In this document: positions 27,349-37,777 of the stretch, piece by piece
Layout: every line of letters begins with the position of its first letter
Numbering within the stretch: position 1 is the first letter of the stretch
Source: Syntrophales bacterium
Lineage (GTDB): Bacteria; Desulfobacterota; Syntrophia; Syntrophales; UBA2210
DNA: 64,000 bases
Assembly: GCA_963666365.2 (NCBI GenBank)
Contig: CAXXNF010000002.1
Coordinates: 2,208,001-2,272,000, forward strand
Reading direction: 5' to 3'
Program-made: the position numbers and the translations under genes
Notes under the pieces: model-generated
Seen by the model: the letters and a program-made list of their open reading frames with translations, nothing else
Database searches by the model: none
Told to the model about the DNA's origin: nothing

Positions 27349-28758
27349 TCAAGACCGTTTGCAGGCGATACGATCCCTGGCACGTCTGCATTCGGCAAGT
27401 ATGCCGAGCATCTTGAACGGTTCCTCGATCAGCGGAAAGGTCGGGACACCTCTCGGTTCGAGAAAGGCCTTTGCCGCTTCCCGGTGCTTTTTCTCTCCGC
27501 TGAAGGTTGCCAGTAGCGGCTTGTCTCTGTATTTTCGTGATAAATCGACAAGGAAATCGAGAGAAGGAACCCCTGTCTCATCGGTCAGCAGGAGAATCGG
27601 CACGACCGCGTCGATATTTGGATCGCTCAACAGGATATCCATTCCCTCCCTGTACGCCTCCAACACCCCTGCAACCGATGCAGCTGGCCAGATATCCACA
27701 GGGTTTCTCATTCTGATAAAGGATGGACTGATTTCCTGCAGACGACGCCGGGTTGCTTCTTCCACCTCCGGCACATCCAAACCCAAATCACGACGGCACA
27801 CATCGGTCAGGCACACGAGCTGCGCCCCCGAGGGCGCCAGGAAGCCCACCCTGTTGCCTCTGGGCAGGGGCATGAACGCCAACACCTTGGCGGCAAGAAA
27901 AAGATGCGAATATTCATGAATTCTGACGACGCCGGCCTGTTTCAAGGCGGCGTCAATAATCCTGTCATTCGACGCCATGGCCGCCGTGTGGGCTACTGCC
28001 GCCTGTGCCCCTTCGGAAGTGCTTCCCCCTTTCAGAAGAATGATCGGCTTGGACTTTGTCACCTCGCCGGCAATCTCCATAAAACGCTTAGGGTTTTTGA
28101 AGCTTTCCAGATATACGAAGATCGCCTTGGTCTCGACGTCGGTCGCGTAATATTCCAGAATGTCATTTTCATCAATGTCCAGTTTGTTTCCGAGCCCCAC
28201 CACCCTGGCAACCCCGAAGTGTTCCTCGGTGGCTATGTGGCGCATGGTATGGGTGGCAAAATTTCCTGTCTGCGCGATGTAAGATATGGGCCCCTTGGGG
28301 ATTTCACCCAGAGGAAAGAAGCTGGAAGTGAACCTGTGGGGCATTGATGAGTGGCCGGAGGTATTGGGTCCGATGGCGCGGATGCCGGTTTCTCTGATTG
28401 TTCTCGCAAGCTCCTCCTGCAACGCATGTCCTTCCGCATCGACCTCGGAAAACCCACCGGCTGCAAGTACCACCGCCTTGATCCCCTTTTTTGCGCATTC
28501 ACGCACGGCACCAGGGTTCGCCTTTGCCGGAAGGATTATTATTGCCAGATCCACGTCTTCGGGCAAATCCCGAATTGAGCAGACGGCTCGCATTCCAAAT
28601 ATCTCTCCGCCCCTGGGATTGACGGGAAATATGGTTCCGGCGTACCCATTGGCCACCATATTTCTGATCACATCGTTTCCCGGCTTATGGGGCGTTGCAG
28701 AAGCCCCGATAACGGCAACGCTTCGAGGTTCAAAAAACCTCTCAAAAAGATCCCTCAA
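27349..28758 (-). CDS. ADP-forming acyl-CoA synthetase, alpha (CoA-binding) subunit
   Basis: FEPRSVAVIGAS, GGFSE, IGPN, AHTAAMA, RNPVD. Confidence 0.85.
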   Translation of the reverse strand: MRDLFERFFEPRSVAVIGASATPHKPGNDVIRNMVANGYAGTIFPVNPRGGEIFGMRAVCSIRDLPEDVDLAIIILPAKANPGAVRECAKKGIKAVVLAAGGFSEVDAEGHALQEELARTIRETGIRAIGPNTSGHSSMPHRFTSSFFPLGEIPKGPISYIAQTGNFATHTMRHIATEEHFGVARVVGLGNKLDIDENDILEYYATDVETKAIFVYLESFKNPKRFMEIAGEVTKSKPIILLKGGSTSEGAQAAVAHTAAMASNDRIIDAALKQAGVVRIHEYSHLFLAAKVLAFMPLPRGNRVGFLAPSGAQLVCLTDVCRRDLGLDVPEVEEATRRRLQEISPSFIRMRNPVDIWPAASVAGVLEAYREGMDILLSDPNIDAVVPILLLTDETGVPSLDFLVDLSRKYRDKPLLATFSGEKKHREAAKAFLEPRGVPTFPLIEEPFKMLGILAECRRARDRIACKRS

Positions 28759-28877
28759 TAATCACCTCTCTTCATGTGTCAGCAAGGGGCGCCCCTCTGT
28801 AGTGTCCAATGAATGCCTACGCATGCCACACCGGCTTTACCGGAAGGCCCATCCCCGATGATTTCACTTTGTGGGCC

Positions 28878-30194
28878 TTACCTGCCCAATCCTCTTGTTG
28901 TCAGACAGGTCTTGGTATAGAGGTCCCGGAACATATCGTCCGGGTCTGTTACCCTCTTGACCTTTTTGTAGTTCTCCCTGTTCCATATCCTCCAGAACTC
29001 TTCCTCCGTGTAATAATTACCTGAAATCAGGGTCTTTATTCCCCCTATCTTCATGAGCTCTTCCTCGAGAAGGCGGTAGTAATTCTTGCCCTTTTTCTTT
29101 TTCATTCCATAGACGGCCAGGTCAATGAACAGTTCATCTCTGTTACTTTTGGTAAGTTCGTCAGAGATCCATTCGTAATCCCTCACCCGTTTGTAGGGAA
29201 CGCACCAGAGTGGATAATGATTGACCTCCCTGGTGTAAAAATCCAGGAACTCACCAACTTTCGAAAAGGGTATGAACACATCGACGGTAATTGGAATGAT
29301 TCTGGAAGGCAAGACTTTTTTGAATGCATCCGCCATCTTCAAGGAAAAGTTGGAGTCGAAGAATTTCCTGAGGATCAGCCTGCCGACGAATGATCTGGGC
29401 CATGTGTGCGTCACACCCTTGTCGTATCTGAAGAAGTAATCGATCGTCTTGAGATAATCCTCATCTCTTTTCTTTGTGCTGGTGTGAAAGACCCGGACCC
29501 AGTCATATCTGTGTGTGTAAGGGGCATCATCGACAAGGTTCGCAGCGCTCAGGACATAGAGGTTCGGCGAGTGGATAATTCCATCCATGAAATCGATGTC
29601 CTGCTCTTTGTAATGCTTCCATATCGCCTTTTTGTAATCCTCAAGGTTTTCGTAGCGTTCGAAGGTCACCTTCACAAACGGTTTTGCAGGGAGCAACCGG
29701 AATTTTAGCCTGGAGATTATTCCAAGGGTCCCGAACGTACCGTGAAGCATTTGAAACAGAACTTTGTGTTCGTTGTCGGGGGTACAACGCAGCACTTCGC
29801 CCTTTGCGGTTATTACCTCATACTCAAGGCATGTATCGTGGAAACCGCCATACATGAACGACATCGATTCTATAGAACACCCGGCGACTGCGCCACCAAT
29901 CGTTATTGTCTTCAGCTCCGGAACTATTATCGGGATAAGACCATGCTTCATAGTCTTCTGGACGAGGTCAACGAACGTTACTCCCGGCTCCGCAATGCAG
30001 GTCCGCCCCTTCACATCGATCGAAAGCACCTCATTAAAATCGCGTATGTCCACCTTTCGGTCCAGGCTTCTCTTATCTGAAGGCCGAGGGACCTCGTGGG
30101 AAACTGCCCTCTTTTTGAGAGACAGCGGCGCCTCCCCCCCGTATTCGTTCAAAAACCTGGATACCCTGCGAACCTTCTCTTCATGCGAGATCAT
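28878..30194 (-). CDS. FAD-binding oxidoreductase (VAO/PCMH family, Delta24-sterol-reductase-like)
   Basis: AEPGVTF, VPELKTITIGGAVAGCSIES, GTFGTLG. Confidence 0.85.
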   Translation of the reverse strand: MISHEEKVRRVSRFLNEYGGEAPLSLKKRAVSHEVPRPSDKRSLDRKVDIRDFNEVLSIDVKGRTCIAEPGVTFVDLVQKTMKHGLIPIIVPELKTITIGGAVAGCSIESMSFMYGGFHDTCLEYEVITAKGEVLRCTPDNEHKVLFQMLHGTFGTLGIISRLKFRLLPAKPFVKVTFERYENLEDYKKAIWKHYKEQDIDFMDGIIHSPNLYVLSAANLVDDAPYTHRYDWVRVFHTSTKKRDEDYLKTIDYFFRYDKGVTHTWPRSFVGRLILRKFFDSNFSLKMADAFKKVLPSRIIPITVDVFIPFSKVGEFLDFYTREVNHYPLWCVPYKRVRDYEWISDELTKSNRDELFIDLAVYGMKKKKGKNYYRLLEEELMKIGGIKTLISGNYYTEEEFWRIWNRENYKKVKRVTDPDDMFRDLYTKTCLTTRGLGR

Positions 30195-30285
30195 GGTACA
30201 CCCCTATGCCGAAGTCAGTGCGTCAATGGTGCGGTTTGAACAACAACACCAGAAACCTTCAACACCTAAAGGCATGCTTCATTCT

Positions 30286-30918
30286 TTACGCCGCAATCGA
30301 TTCTGTATATTTCACTATAATTGCAACACTTTTATCAAGCCCTATTGCGCTGGTGTCCAAGGAAATGTGGTATCGGCGTGCATCCGTCCATTCCCTGCCT
30401 GTAAATGTCCGATGATAACGGGCCCTGTCTTTGTCGCTTCGGACAATCATTTTCTCTGCTGCTCCTTCCGATACATGATACAGATCCTGAATTCGGCTTC
30501 TTCGGAACGTCATATCACCATGTAAGAATACGTTGATATGATTCGGGTGTTCACGAAGCACGTAAGGTCCGCACCGTCCTATAATAACCGCTGAAGATTC
30601 TTTCGCAATCCGCCGTATAATTTCTGCTTCAGTTTCAAACAACTCGCGGCTGGTCGGGATGTTCACTTCCGGCGGGATGTATACGTCGGTTGCCCCGAAT
30701 GCGAAAGACTGCCGGAACGATTTCCAGAATGAACACACTTTCTCTTCCCGTGATTCCAAAACTTCTTCCAATGCCGAGAGTTGTGTGGCGGCCTGGCGAA
30801 TGATTGCACGATCCGCATAAAAGAGATTCAACTTTTGTGCCAGTTGCTTTCCCACATACATCCCACCGGCCCCTAACTGGCGACTGACAGTAATCACAAA
30901 TGGAAAAGTCGTTTCCAT
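30286..30918 (-). CDS. Cytidylate kinase-like family protein
   Basis: VITVSRQLGAGG, VIIGRC, DKDRARYH..W. Confidence 0.85.
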   Translation of the reverse strand: METTFPFVITVSRQLGAGGMYVGKQLAQKLNLFYADRAIIRQAATQLSALEEVLESREEKVCSFWKSFRQSFAFGATDVYIPPEVNIPTSRELFETEAEIIRRIAKESSAVIIGRCGPYVLREHPNHINVFLHGDMTFRRSRIQDLYHVSEGAAEKMIVRSDKDRARYHRTFTGREWTDARRYHISLDTSAIGLDKSVAIIVKYTESIAA

Positions 30919-30993
30919 CTCTTATCCCTCCTGGATTTCATTGATCCTTTTCAGCGGCAAATCTGTAGTACACAAAACCAATATCCCAACACC

Positions 30994-32175
30994 TTAGCCG
31001 GTCGACACTTTTCTGCCACATAAAAAGTGGTAAAGAGGAACCGTTGCGAGTGCCACAATGGCCATCATTAAGTAGAGGCCTCGGTATCCTGTGACCGGAA
31101 TCAAGGATCCAAGTAAATAAGGCCCGGTGGCAATCCCTAAATCTAAAAATACATAGTAGGTGGCTGTTGCCAGCCCGAATCTGTGCGGCTGGACTACTTT
31201 TATCGCAATGGTCTGAGCGCTGGACATGAAGTTTCCATAGCTCAAACCGATGATTGCGCCGGCTAATAGCAGGGTAGCGCCGTTGTATGCCTGACTGAAC
31301 AGAAACATGCCGGCGGCATAAATAAAAAGGCAGGGATATACGACAAAATTTGCACCTCTGAGGTCAAACAAGCGTCCGGCGAAAGGTCTCGAAATCAAGG
31401 TTGCGACGGCAGATACGACAAAGTACACGCTGGCCGCTTTTTCCAGTTGAATTTCTTGTGCATAGAGGGACATGAATGCCATCACAATGGAACAACTGAA
31501 CCCCACGACTAAGGCAACAATTGAAATCGGTATGGATTTAGGTTCGAGGAAACTGGCAATATAAATCCTTTTCACCTCCTGTGCCCCGGTCATTTCCGGG
31601 AATTTACTGCCCGGATCCTTCACAACCAGAGATATGGAAAAGGCAATAACGGCCAATATTAAATTAACAAGAAAAATCGTCTTGAATTCTACCTGCTGAA
31701 GCAGAATGATTCCCACGAAAGGTCCCAAAGCCGACGCCAGTATTATGCTCATCCCATAGTAGCCGATACCTTCCCCGCGTTTACTGCCGGGGATAATCTT
31801 GGCGACTATTGTTCCCGTGGCCGTGCTGGTTATTCCATGAGCGATCCCGTGAAAAAGCCTGATTATAATTAATAGCGGCAACGTAATCGCTGACGAATAA
31901 TATAATACCGCCGTGGCAATAAAAAATATGGCGCCGCCAATCAACACTTTCTTGTTGCCTACATCTTCAATGAGATGACCCGTCGCAAATCGACCGATTA
32001 ACGCGCCGACAATAAAGATACTCGCAACAAGCCCTGCGGTACTCGTAGTCGCATGAAATTCATCTACGGCATAAAAAGCGATAATGACCATCAATAACAG
32101 GTGTATCAGGAACACCAGGAAATTAATGGCAGATACCGTGATGAAATCTCTCGTCCAAAGCTTCTCCCTATCCAT
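30994..32175 (-). CDS. MFS transporter
   Basis: About 12 hydrophobic segments; KLWTRDF start; GRLFDLRG motif. Confidence 0.9.
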   Translation of the reverse strand: MDREKLWTRDFITVSAINFLVFLIHLLLMVIIAFYAVDEFHATTSTAGLVASIFIVGALIGRFATGHLIEDVGNKKVLIGGAIFFIATAVLYYSSAITLPLLIIIRLFHGIAHGITSTATGTIVAKIIPGSKRGEGIGYYGMSIILASALGPFVGIILLQQVEFKTIFLVNLILAVIAFSISLVVKDPGSKFPEMTGAQEVKRIYIASFLEPKSIPISIVALVVGFSCSIVMAFMSLYAQEIQLEKAASVYFVVSAVATLISRPFAGRLFDLRGANFVVYPCLFIYAAGMFLFSQAYNGATLLLAGAIIGLSYGNFMSSAQTIAIKVVQPHRFGLATATYYVFLDLGIATGPYLLGSLIPVTGYRGLYLMMAIVALATVPLYHFLCGRKVSTG

Positions 32176-32728
32176 TGTTTCCATTTCGGTCATTTGCTGC
32201 AATAAGCAGCAGTCTCCATAATCTGCAGATCTGCAGGCGCTCCGGCGCCCTCCCTGCCGCACAAGATCCGCTGTTTCAGCGTTTCCGGTTAATCGGCCGC
32301 CTGCACATTGCCCTTATTCGGTCCGGCCACCTGTGCAAAGGATTGCGAGCACACCATCCCTGCCGCATTCGGGATCGTACATCCTTTCCCCCTTCCTTTG
32401 CGTTGTGCCATTTGAATGAGATCCGGCAGGGAATGCGAATAAGCGCATATTGCACAAGAAATTGCACCCCGGAAAAGATTTGTCAAGGGAATAAGGGTCC
32501 CTGAAGATGAGACAGCGGTGCATACAAGGGGGGCGCCGGCCGACAAAAAGAGCGGTAACCGGTCCGGTTGTATCCACCGGGGATCAGCCTGTAGGTCGAC
32601 CATGTGGTCAGTTTTTTCACCCTGGACGCAGGCATTTCCTTTCTTTTTAAGAAAAAATATGCGACAAATCCTATGCAAAAAAACTACAAGGCCGATATGA
32701 TAGAGGCTGATTACAAAGGAAGGTACCG

Positions 32729-34174
32729 ATGGAGGCTGCTGATCTTGATTTTTTATTTCATCCTACTTCAATCGCTGTTGCAGGAGTAAAAGATGCCGAT
32801 GTTCTTTTCAATCCCGGCTTGATGTTCATGACGGCCCTGGCCGACTTCGGATATAAGGGCCGGATCTATCCCCTTAATCCCAAAGGCGGAAAGGTGATGG
32901 GCCGGGAGATTTACAAATCACTTGCTGATATACCCGGCCAGGTGGATTATGTCATATCCGCGGTCCCCTCCCGGAACACGCCCCAACTGGTGGCCGATGC
33001 AGCCGCCAAGGGGGTAAAGGCCATACATTTTTTTACCTCCGGCTTCGGCGAAATAGAAAACACAGAGGGGAAAAGGCTGCAGGACGAGATTCTCAGAATT
33101 GCACGCCAGGGAGGGGTACGGATCATCGGCCCCAATTGTCTGGGCCTATATTGCCCCAGGGGGGGATTGACCTTTAACCCCGACGTGTCAAAGGAAAGCG
33201 GCCCCGTCGGCATGATTTCTCAAAGCGGGGGAAACGCTTCACATGCCATGGCGGAAGGCAATTCAAGAGGGATACGCTTCAGCAAGGTCATCAGCATGGG
33301 AAATGGCGCCGATCTCAACGAATCGGATTATCTCGAGTATTTAGCCCATGATCCCGACACAAAGATTATCACCGCCTATATTGAGGGAATCAGAGAGGGG
33401 CCCCGTTTTTTGAAGGCCCTTAAGGCGGCAGCAAAAATTAAGCCGGTAATCATTCTCAAGGTGGGAGATTCTCCCGCCGGCGCGGAGGCCGCCGTCTCTC
33501 ACACCACGGCAATGGCCGGCGCCAGCGAAGTGTGGGAAGGGCTTTTACGGCAGGCCGGCGCCGTCCAGGTCTACAGCATCGAGGAAATGATCGATATGGC
33601 GGCGGCCTTTGTTTATATGCGTCCCCCCGCCGGCAGAAATACAGTGGTCCTGGGCGTTGGAGGCGGGGCCAGCGTTGTCCTCGCGGATGAATTTTCCCGG
33701 ACAGGGCTGTCACTGCCCAAATTTTCCACGGACGCGCGGCAGAAATTGATCGGCCTCTATTCTTCCGAAGCCGGCCGCATTTTTAAAAATCCCGTCGATA
33801 TAAATAATTTTGAAAGTCCGGAAACCTTTGCCGCAACTATACAAGCAATCGAGGCTGAAGACATGGTGGATTTTATGGTCATACATGTGGCGTTCGACCA
33901 TTTCGGCCTGGTCAGCGAAAAGGCCAAAGTGCTTGTAATGGAGGTGTACCGGTCGTTGATTCTCGATTTAAAAGGCAAAGTCAACAAACCGGCGGCCATT
34001 ATTCTGCACTCCTATGCAAGTGAAAAGTCAAAGAAAATTGCCGGCGACATGGGGAACGCTCTTACCAAATCGGGATTCGCCGTATTCCTTTCGATCCGCA
34101 GTGCGGCCGTCGCCCTGAACAAATATATTGCCCATCAACAGAGACCCGATACCGTAAGATGGGAAGGCCCGTAA
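32729..34174 (+). CDS. ADP-forming acyl-CoA synthetase, alpha (CoA-binding) subunit
   Basis: LFHPTSIAVAG, SGFGE, IIGPNCLG, SQSGG, SHTTAMAG, KNPVD. Confidence 0.87.
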   Translation: MEAADLDFLFHPTSIAVAGVKDADVLFNPGLMFMTALADFGYKGRIYPLNPKGGKVMGREIYKSLADIPGQVDYVISAVPSRNTPQLVADAAAKGVKAIHFFTSGFGEIENTEGKRLQDEILRIARQGGVRIIGPNCLGLYCPRGGLTFNPDVSKESGPVGMISQSGGNASHAMAEGNSRGIRFSKVISMGNGADLNESDYLEYLAHDPDTKIITAYIEGIREGPRFLKALKAAAKIKPVIILKVGDSPAGAEAAVSHTTAMAGASEVWEGLLRQAGAVQVYSIEEMIDMAAAFVYMRPPAGRNTVVLGVGGGASVVLADEFSRTGLSLPKFSTDARQKLIGLYSSEAGRIFKNPVDINNFESPETFAATIQAIEAEDMVDFMVIHVAFDHFGLVSEKAKVLVMEVYRSLILDLKGKVNKPAAIILHSYASEKSKKIAGDMGNALTKSGFAVFLSIRSAAVALNKYIAHQQRPDTVRWEGP

Positions 34175-34227
34175 AATTAAAGGCCGGCAACACAGGAGCA
34201 CAGACGAAAAAGGAGGGGAACTACCCG

Positions 34228-35421
34228 ATGAAACGAGCCCTGGACGGGATACGTGTATTGGATATGGGGAGCTATATTGCGGCCCCATACTGCGCGATGT
34301 GCCTGGCCGACCATGGCGCAGAGGTCATTCGCGTTGAGCCTCCCGGAGGCAAGGTCGATCGCGAACTGGGCCCTTTTGCCCCCGACGGCCAACCGATGAT
34401 CTACGGGTTGTCCTATCAGCGCAACAAGAAGAACATTACCCTGAATTTGCGTTCTGAAACAGGGAAAGGGCTCCTCGATGCACTGGTAAAAAAGTTCGAT
34501 ATCCTTGTGCACAATTATCCCAAAGGAACAGAGGAGGCAAACACGCTCGAGTATGATCGTTTGAGCGGAATCAATCCGGCATTGATTGTGGTGGCCGTAT
34601 CCGGATTCGGCCAGAACGGCCCCTATGCGGAGCGCCCCTGTTTTGACGCCATCGCCCAGGCCATGTCGGGAATGATGAGCTATACGGGATATCCCGACGG
34701 TGATCCCCTGCGGGCGGGTCCCTCGTATATAGATTTCAACACGGGCGCCCGGGCGGCCCTCGGCGCCGTGATGGCCTGTTTTGAACGCACGCAAAGCGGC
34801 CTGGGGCAGCTGGTCGACGTGTCGCTCTTCGACGTGGCCTTCGGGATAGCCGCCGCGTCGGGATGCGCCGCCGAGTATAGGGTGTGGGGAGAAGTGCGGA
34901 AGGCCGTCGGCAACGGAGGCTTCTATGCCTATTGTTGCAGCGCCCCCGCACGGGACGGCTTCCTGATGATCAATATAGTCGGAAACAATCTGTGGCGGCG
35001 CATGTGCCGCGTGCTTGGCCGGAAAGACATGATCGCCGACAGTCGTTTCAAGGACAATCTGGCGCGGTATCGCAATTATACGGCTATCGACGAAGTGGTG
35101 TACGCCTGGATTCAGAATAAGACCGTCGCCGAAGCCATGGCCGTTCTTGACGAGGCCGGCATCCCCTGTGGTCCCGTCAACAATGTGCCTGCGTCACTCG
35201 ATGTCCCGCAGGTGGCGGCGCGGGAGATGCTGGTGGAGATTGATTATCCCGGTACGGGAAAGGTGCCGGTGCCGGGAGTTGAGATCAAGCTGTCCAGGAC
35301 ACCGGGGAAGATCACCCGGCGGGCCTCTTTTCTCGGAGAGGACAACGAGGCCGTTTATTGCAATCTTCTGGGGTACGGCCACGATGACCTGAAACGATTC
35401 CGGGAAGAGAACGCCATATAG
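34228..35421 (+). CDS. Class III CoA-transferase (CaiB/BaiF family)
   Basis: ALDGIRVLD, AAPYC..LADHGAEVIRVE, RNKK, SGFGQNGPY. Confidence 0.92.
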   Translation: MKRALDGIRVLDMGSYIAAPYCAMCLADHGAEVIRVEPPGGKVDRELGPFAPDGQPMIYGLSYQRNKKNITLNLRSETGKGLLDALVKKFDILVHNYPKGTEEANTLEYDRLSGINPALIVVAVSGFGQNGPYAERPCFDAIAQAMSGMMSYTGYPDGDPLRAGPSYIDFNTGARAALGAVMACFERTQSGLGQLVDVSLFDVAFGIAAASGCAAEYRVWGEVRKAVGNGGFYAYCCSAPARDGFLMINIVGNNLWRRMCRVLGRKDMIADSRFKDNLARYRNYTAIDEVVYAWIQNKTVAEAMAVLDEAGIPCGPVNNVPASLDVPQVAAREMLVEIDYPGTGKVPVPGVEIKLSRTPGKITRRASFLGEDNEAVYCNLLGYGHDDLKRFREENAI

Positions 35422-35448
35422 AAAACTCGATGCTTCGACCGCCTTTCG

Positions 35449-37554
35449 TCACGGGTCAACCAGAAGCGTATAGCTGTCAGATGCATCAGGCGTCCGGCAG
35501 ACAGCCAGATAGAAGGCGCCCTTTTGCACTGTGGCGGATATTCGGTCCACTCCCTGGACAATGAAAGAATCAGGATCCGAATCGAACAGTGTGAGCCAAT
35601 AGCCCCCTCCGCCATCGGGAATCTCGAATGTCACTTCAGTGTCCCCGGCAGGAGAATTGAAGCGATACCAGTCGGTCTTGTGGAATCCCACCGTACCGCT
35701 CACCACATCACCGGAAGAGAGAAGGGACGCCTGTTCAATGGGAACGGCCTCATAGCCGACAAACTGCAGTTTCTCCGAGCCTGCATCGTCTTTCACCTGC
35801 ACAGCGCTTCCATTCCGATTGGCCAGACCGCCCACAAAGGCCAGATAATCGTCCCGGGGGAAAATTACCTGGAGATTGGCGCCCTGACGAACCATAAGCA
35901 CCCCTTTGACATCCTCCACCGCGAGAAAAGGGCATCCATCCCAGTTCAGGTCATTAAAGGGGATGTTGTCTATAAGCCATCGACAGCCCACCCGCTTCGC
36001 CCATGCAGCGGGAATCGCCGGAATATTGAGTTTTTCACCCAGTACGGCCGTCACATACCCGCCGAACACACTCTCATCCACCACCGATGTGTCGCTCCCC
36101 ACCTGTATCATTACAAAGTGGTCCACCCCCATGAATGAGACGGGACGGAAGGTCAGGCGCTCCGGTGCACCCGCAACGGCCCAGAGATCTCCTTCATTGG
36201 TCAGCCTTTTCACCTCCGGATCTCCGGTGTGGGCATCTTTCACCCATGAAAGGGTCCCGTCGAGATTGTCCACAATCCGATCATAGCCGTTTTTTTTCAC
36301 ATAGGTTCCGGCAATCAACGCGGGGTTCGTCTCTGATGGAATATCGAGATAGGAAGGAAGCGAGGGCTTCATGCCCGTTTTTTCTTCGACGGCCTGTTTC
36401 AGGCACTCGCGGGCAATGGAATAGACGGCCCACTGGGCCGTGTCGGAGTTGGTAAGAACAATTACTGCAAGATTCAGGTCCGGCAGTATCTCCATAAACG
36501 AATTGAAATGTCCTGTGCTGCCGTTTTTGGTCCACGCCCGCCCCGCGTAGCGCATCACAGGATCATCCATGGTGTCGAGACCCAGGCCCGGCGTTGAATA
36601 GGAATTCCAGTCCAGAGGCGTTCGTTCCCCCTGCCCCATGCGATCGACCGTACCGGGCATGATAATCTGCTCTCCCGCTGCACTTCTCCCGCGGTTTAAC
36701 ATCATAGCGAGAAAACGCCCCATATCGAGAACCGTCGTGACAGCCCCTCCTGTGGCGCCAAATACGCAGTTTGTCTCCACGGGGGGAAGAGGCGCCCCGC
36801 CTATGTACCCAACGGCCATGGTTCCTGGGAATGCCCGAAAGGAGGTGTCATGCATATCAAGAGGACTGAAAAGCTGCCGGATCATGAATTCATTGAATGT
36901 CTCCCCGCTCCGGCCTCCGATGCGCTGCGCAATTTCGCCGGCAAGCACGAACCCCGTATTGCAGTACACCGATATTTCTCCCGGCGCGTAACTGGGATAC
37001 TCATTCGCAAGACAGTGCAAAAGCCAATCGATGTAGAGATCACACCCCCATTGATTCCAGGCCTCTGCCACGAATCCCCCGTTGTATATGTCTCCCGGGA
37101 TCCCCGAATGGTGGTTAAGGAGTCGTTCCACCGTAATGTTCTGCATTTGACCTGGAAATCGGGGAAGAAGCTGAAACTCGGGCAGGTAGGTCGTGGCCGG
37201 CTTTTCAAGAGAAAGAAGTCCCTGATCCACCAGTTGCAGCAGGGCCACGGTGGTGAGTGTTTTGGAGCCTGATCCGAGCATGTAACGCGTATCCGCCTGT
37301 GCAGACACACCATTTTCACGGTCCGCCCACCCGAATCCCCGTGCCCAGGCAATCCGTCCATCGTCGACAAGGACGATGCTGAGACCTACCATATTCTTTT
37401 CGGCCATGGTTTCCGTAATGAATTTAGATGTTTTCTGGACAGTGACGGGAAAGATCCTGTAACCGGAGCGGTATTCACCGGTGCAGGCAAGCAGAAGCAA
37501 AGAAAGGCAAAACCATATGAAAATCTGCAGAGGTCGTTTCTCCGTCTTTTTCAA
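35449..37554 (-). CDS. Beta-lactamase-like serine hydrolase lipoprotein
   Basis: Lipobox LLAC; SxxK (SGSK), LLNHHSG, YCN, KNG. Confidence 0.85.
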   Translation of the reverse strand: MKKTEKRPLQIFIWFCLSLLLLACTGEYRSGYRIFPVTVQKTSKFITETMAEKNMVGLSIVLVDDGRIAWARGFGWADRENGVSAQADTRYMLGSGSKTLTTVALLQLVDQGLLSLEKPATTYLPEFQLLPRFPGQMQNITVERLLNHHSGIPGDIYNGGFVAEAWNQWGCDLYIDWLLHCLANEYPSYAPGEISVYCNTGFVLAGEIAQRIGGRSGETFNEFMIRQLFSPLDMHDTSFRAFPGTMAVGYIGGAPLPPVETNCVFGATGGAVTTVLDMGRFLAMMLNRGRSAAGEQIIMPGTVDRMGQGERTPLDWNSYSTPGLGLDTMDDPVMRYAGRAWTKNGSTGHFNSFMEILPDLNLAVIVLTNSDTAQWAVYSIARECLKQAVEEKTGMKPSLPSYLDIPSETNPALIAGTYVKKNGYDRIVDNLDGTLSWVKDAHTGDPEVKRLTNEGDLWAVAGAPERLTFRPVSFMGVDHFVMIQVGSDTSVVDESVFGGYVTAVLGEKLNIPAIPAAWAKRVGCRWLIDNIPFNDLNWDGCPFLAVEDVKGVLMVRQGANLQVIFPRDDYLAFVGGLANRNGSAVQVKDDAGSEKLQFVGYEAVPIEQASLLSSGDVVSGTVGFHKTDWYRFNSPAGDTEVTFEIPDGGGGYWLTLFDSDPDSFIVQGVDRISATVQKGAFYLAVCRTPDASDSYTLLVDP

Positions 37555-37584
37555 GGATTTGCTCCTTTTGCAACGGTATATATA

Positions 37585-37625
37585 TCACCCTCACCCCAAC
37601 CCTCGCCCCTCAAGGGAGAGGGTGA
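37585..37625. repeat. REP-like palindrome
   Basis: TCACCCTCACCCC..CCCTC..CCC TCAA GGGAGAGGGTGA; related pieces at about 60480-60540. Confidence 0.6.
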
Positions 37626-37728
37626 TTTTCGACTTCTTCTAAGTAACTGCCGCTTACTTCCTATTATTATAATGCCGACGTATTGGTATGATGGAGCTTT
37701 ATGCGAGACTGTCAGTCCCTACAGGTGC

Positions 37729-37764
37729 AAACGGCCTCATACCGACAGGGCAATGAGGCCGTTT
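37729..37764 (-). terminator. Hairpin after acyl-CoA dehydrogenase
   Basis: AAACGGCCTCAT...ATGAGGCCGTTT. Confidence 0.6.
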
Positions 37765-37777
37765 CCGTTTTACTTTC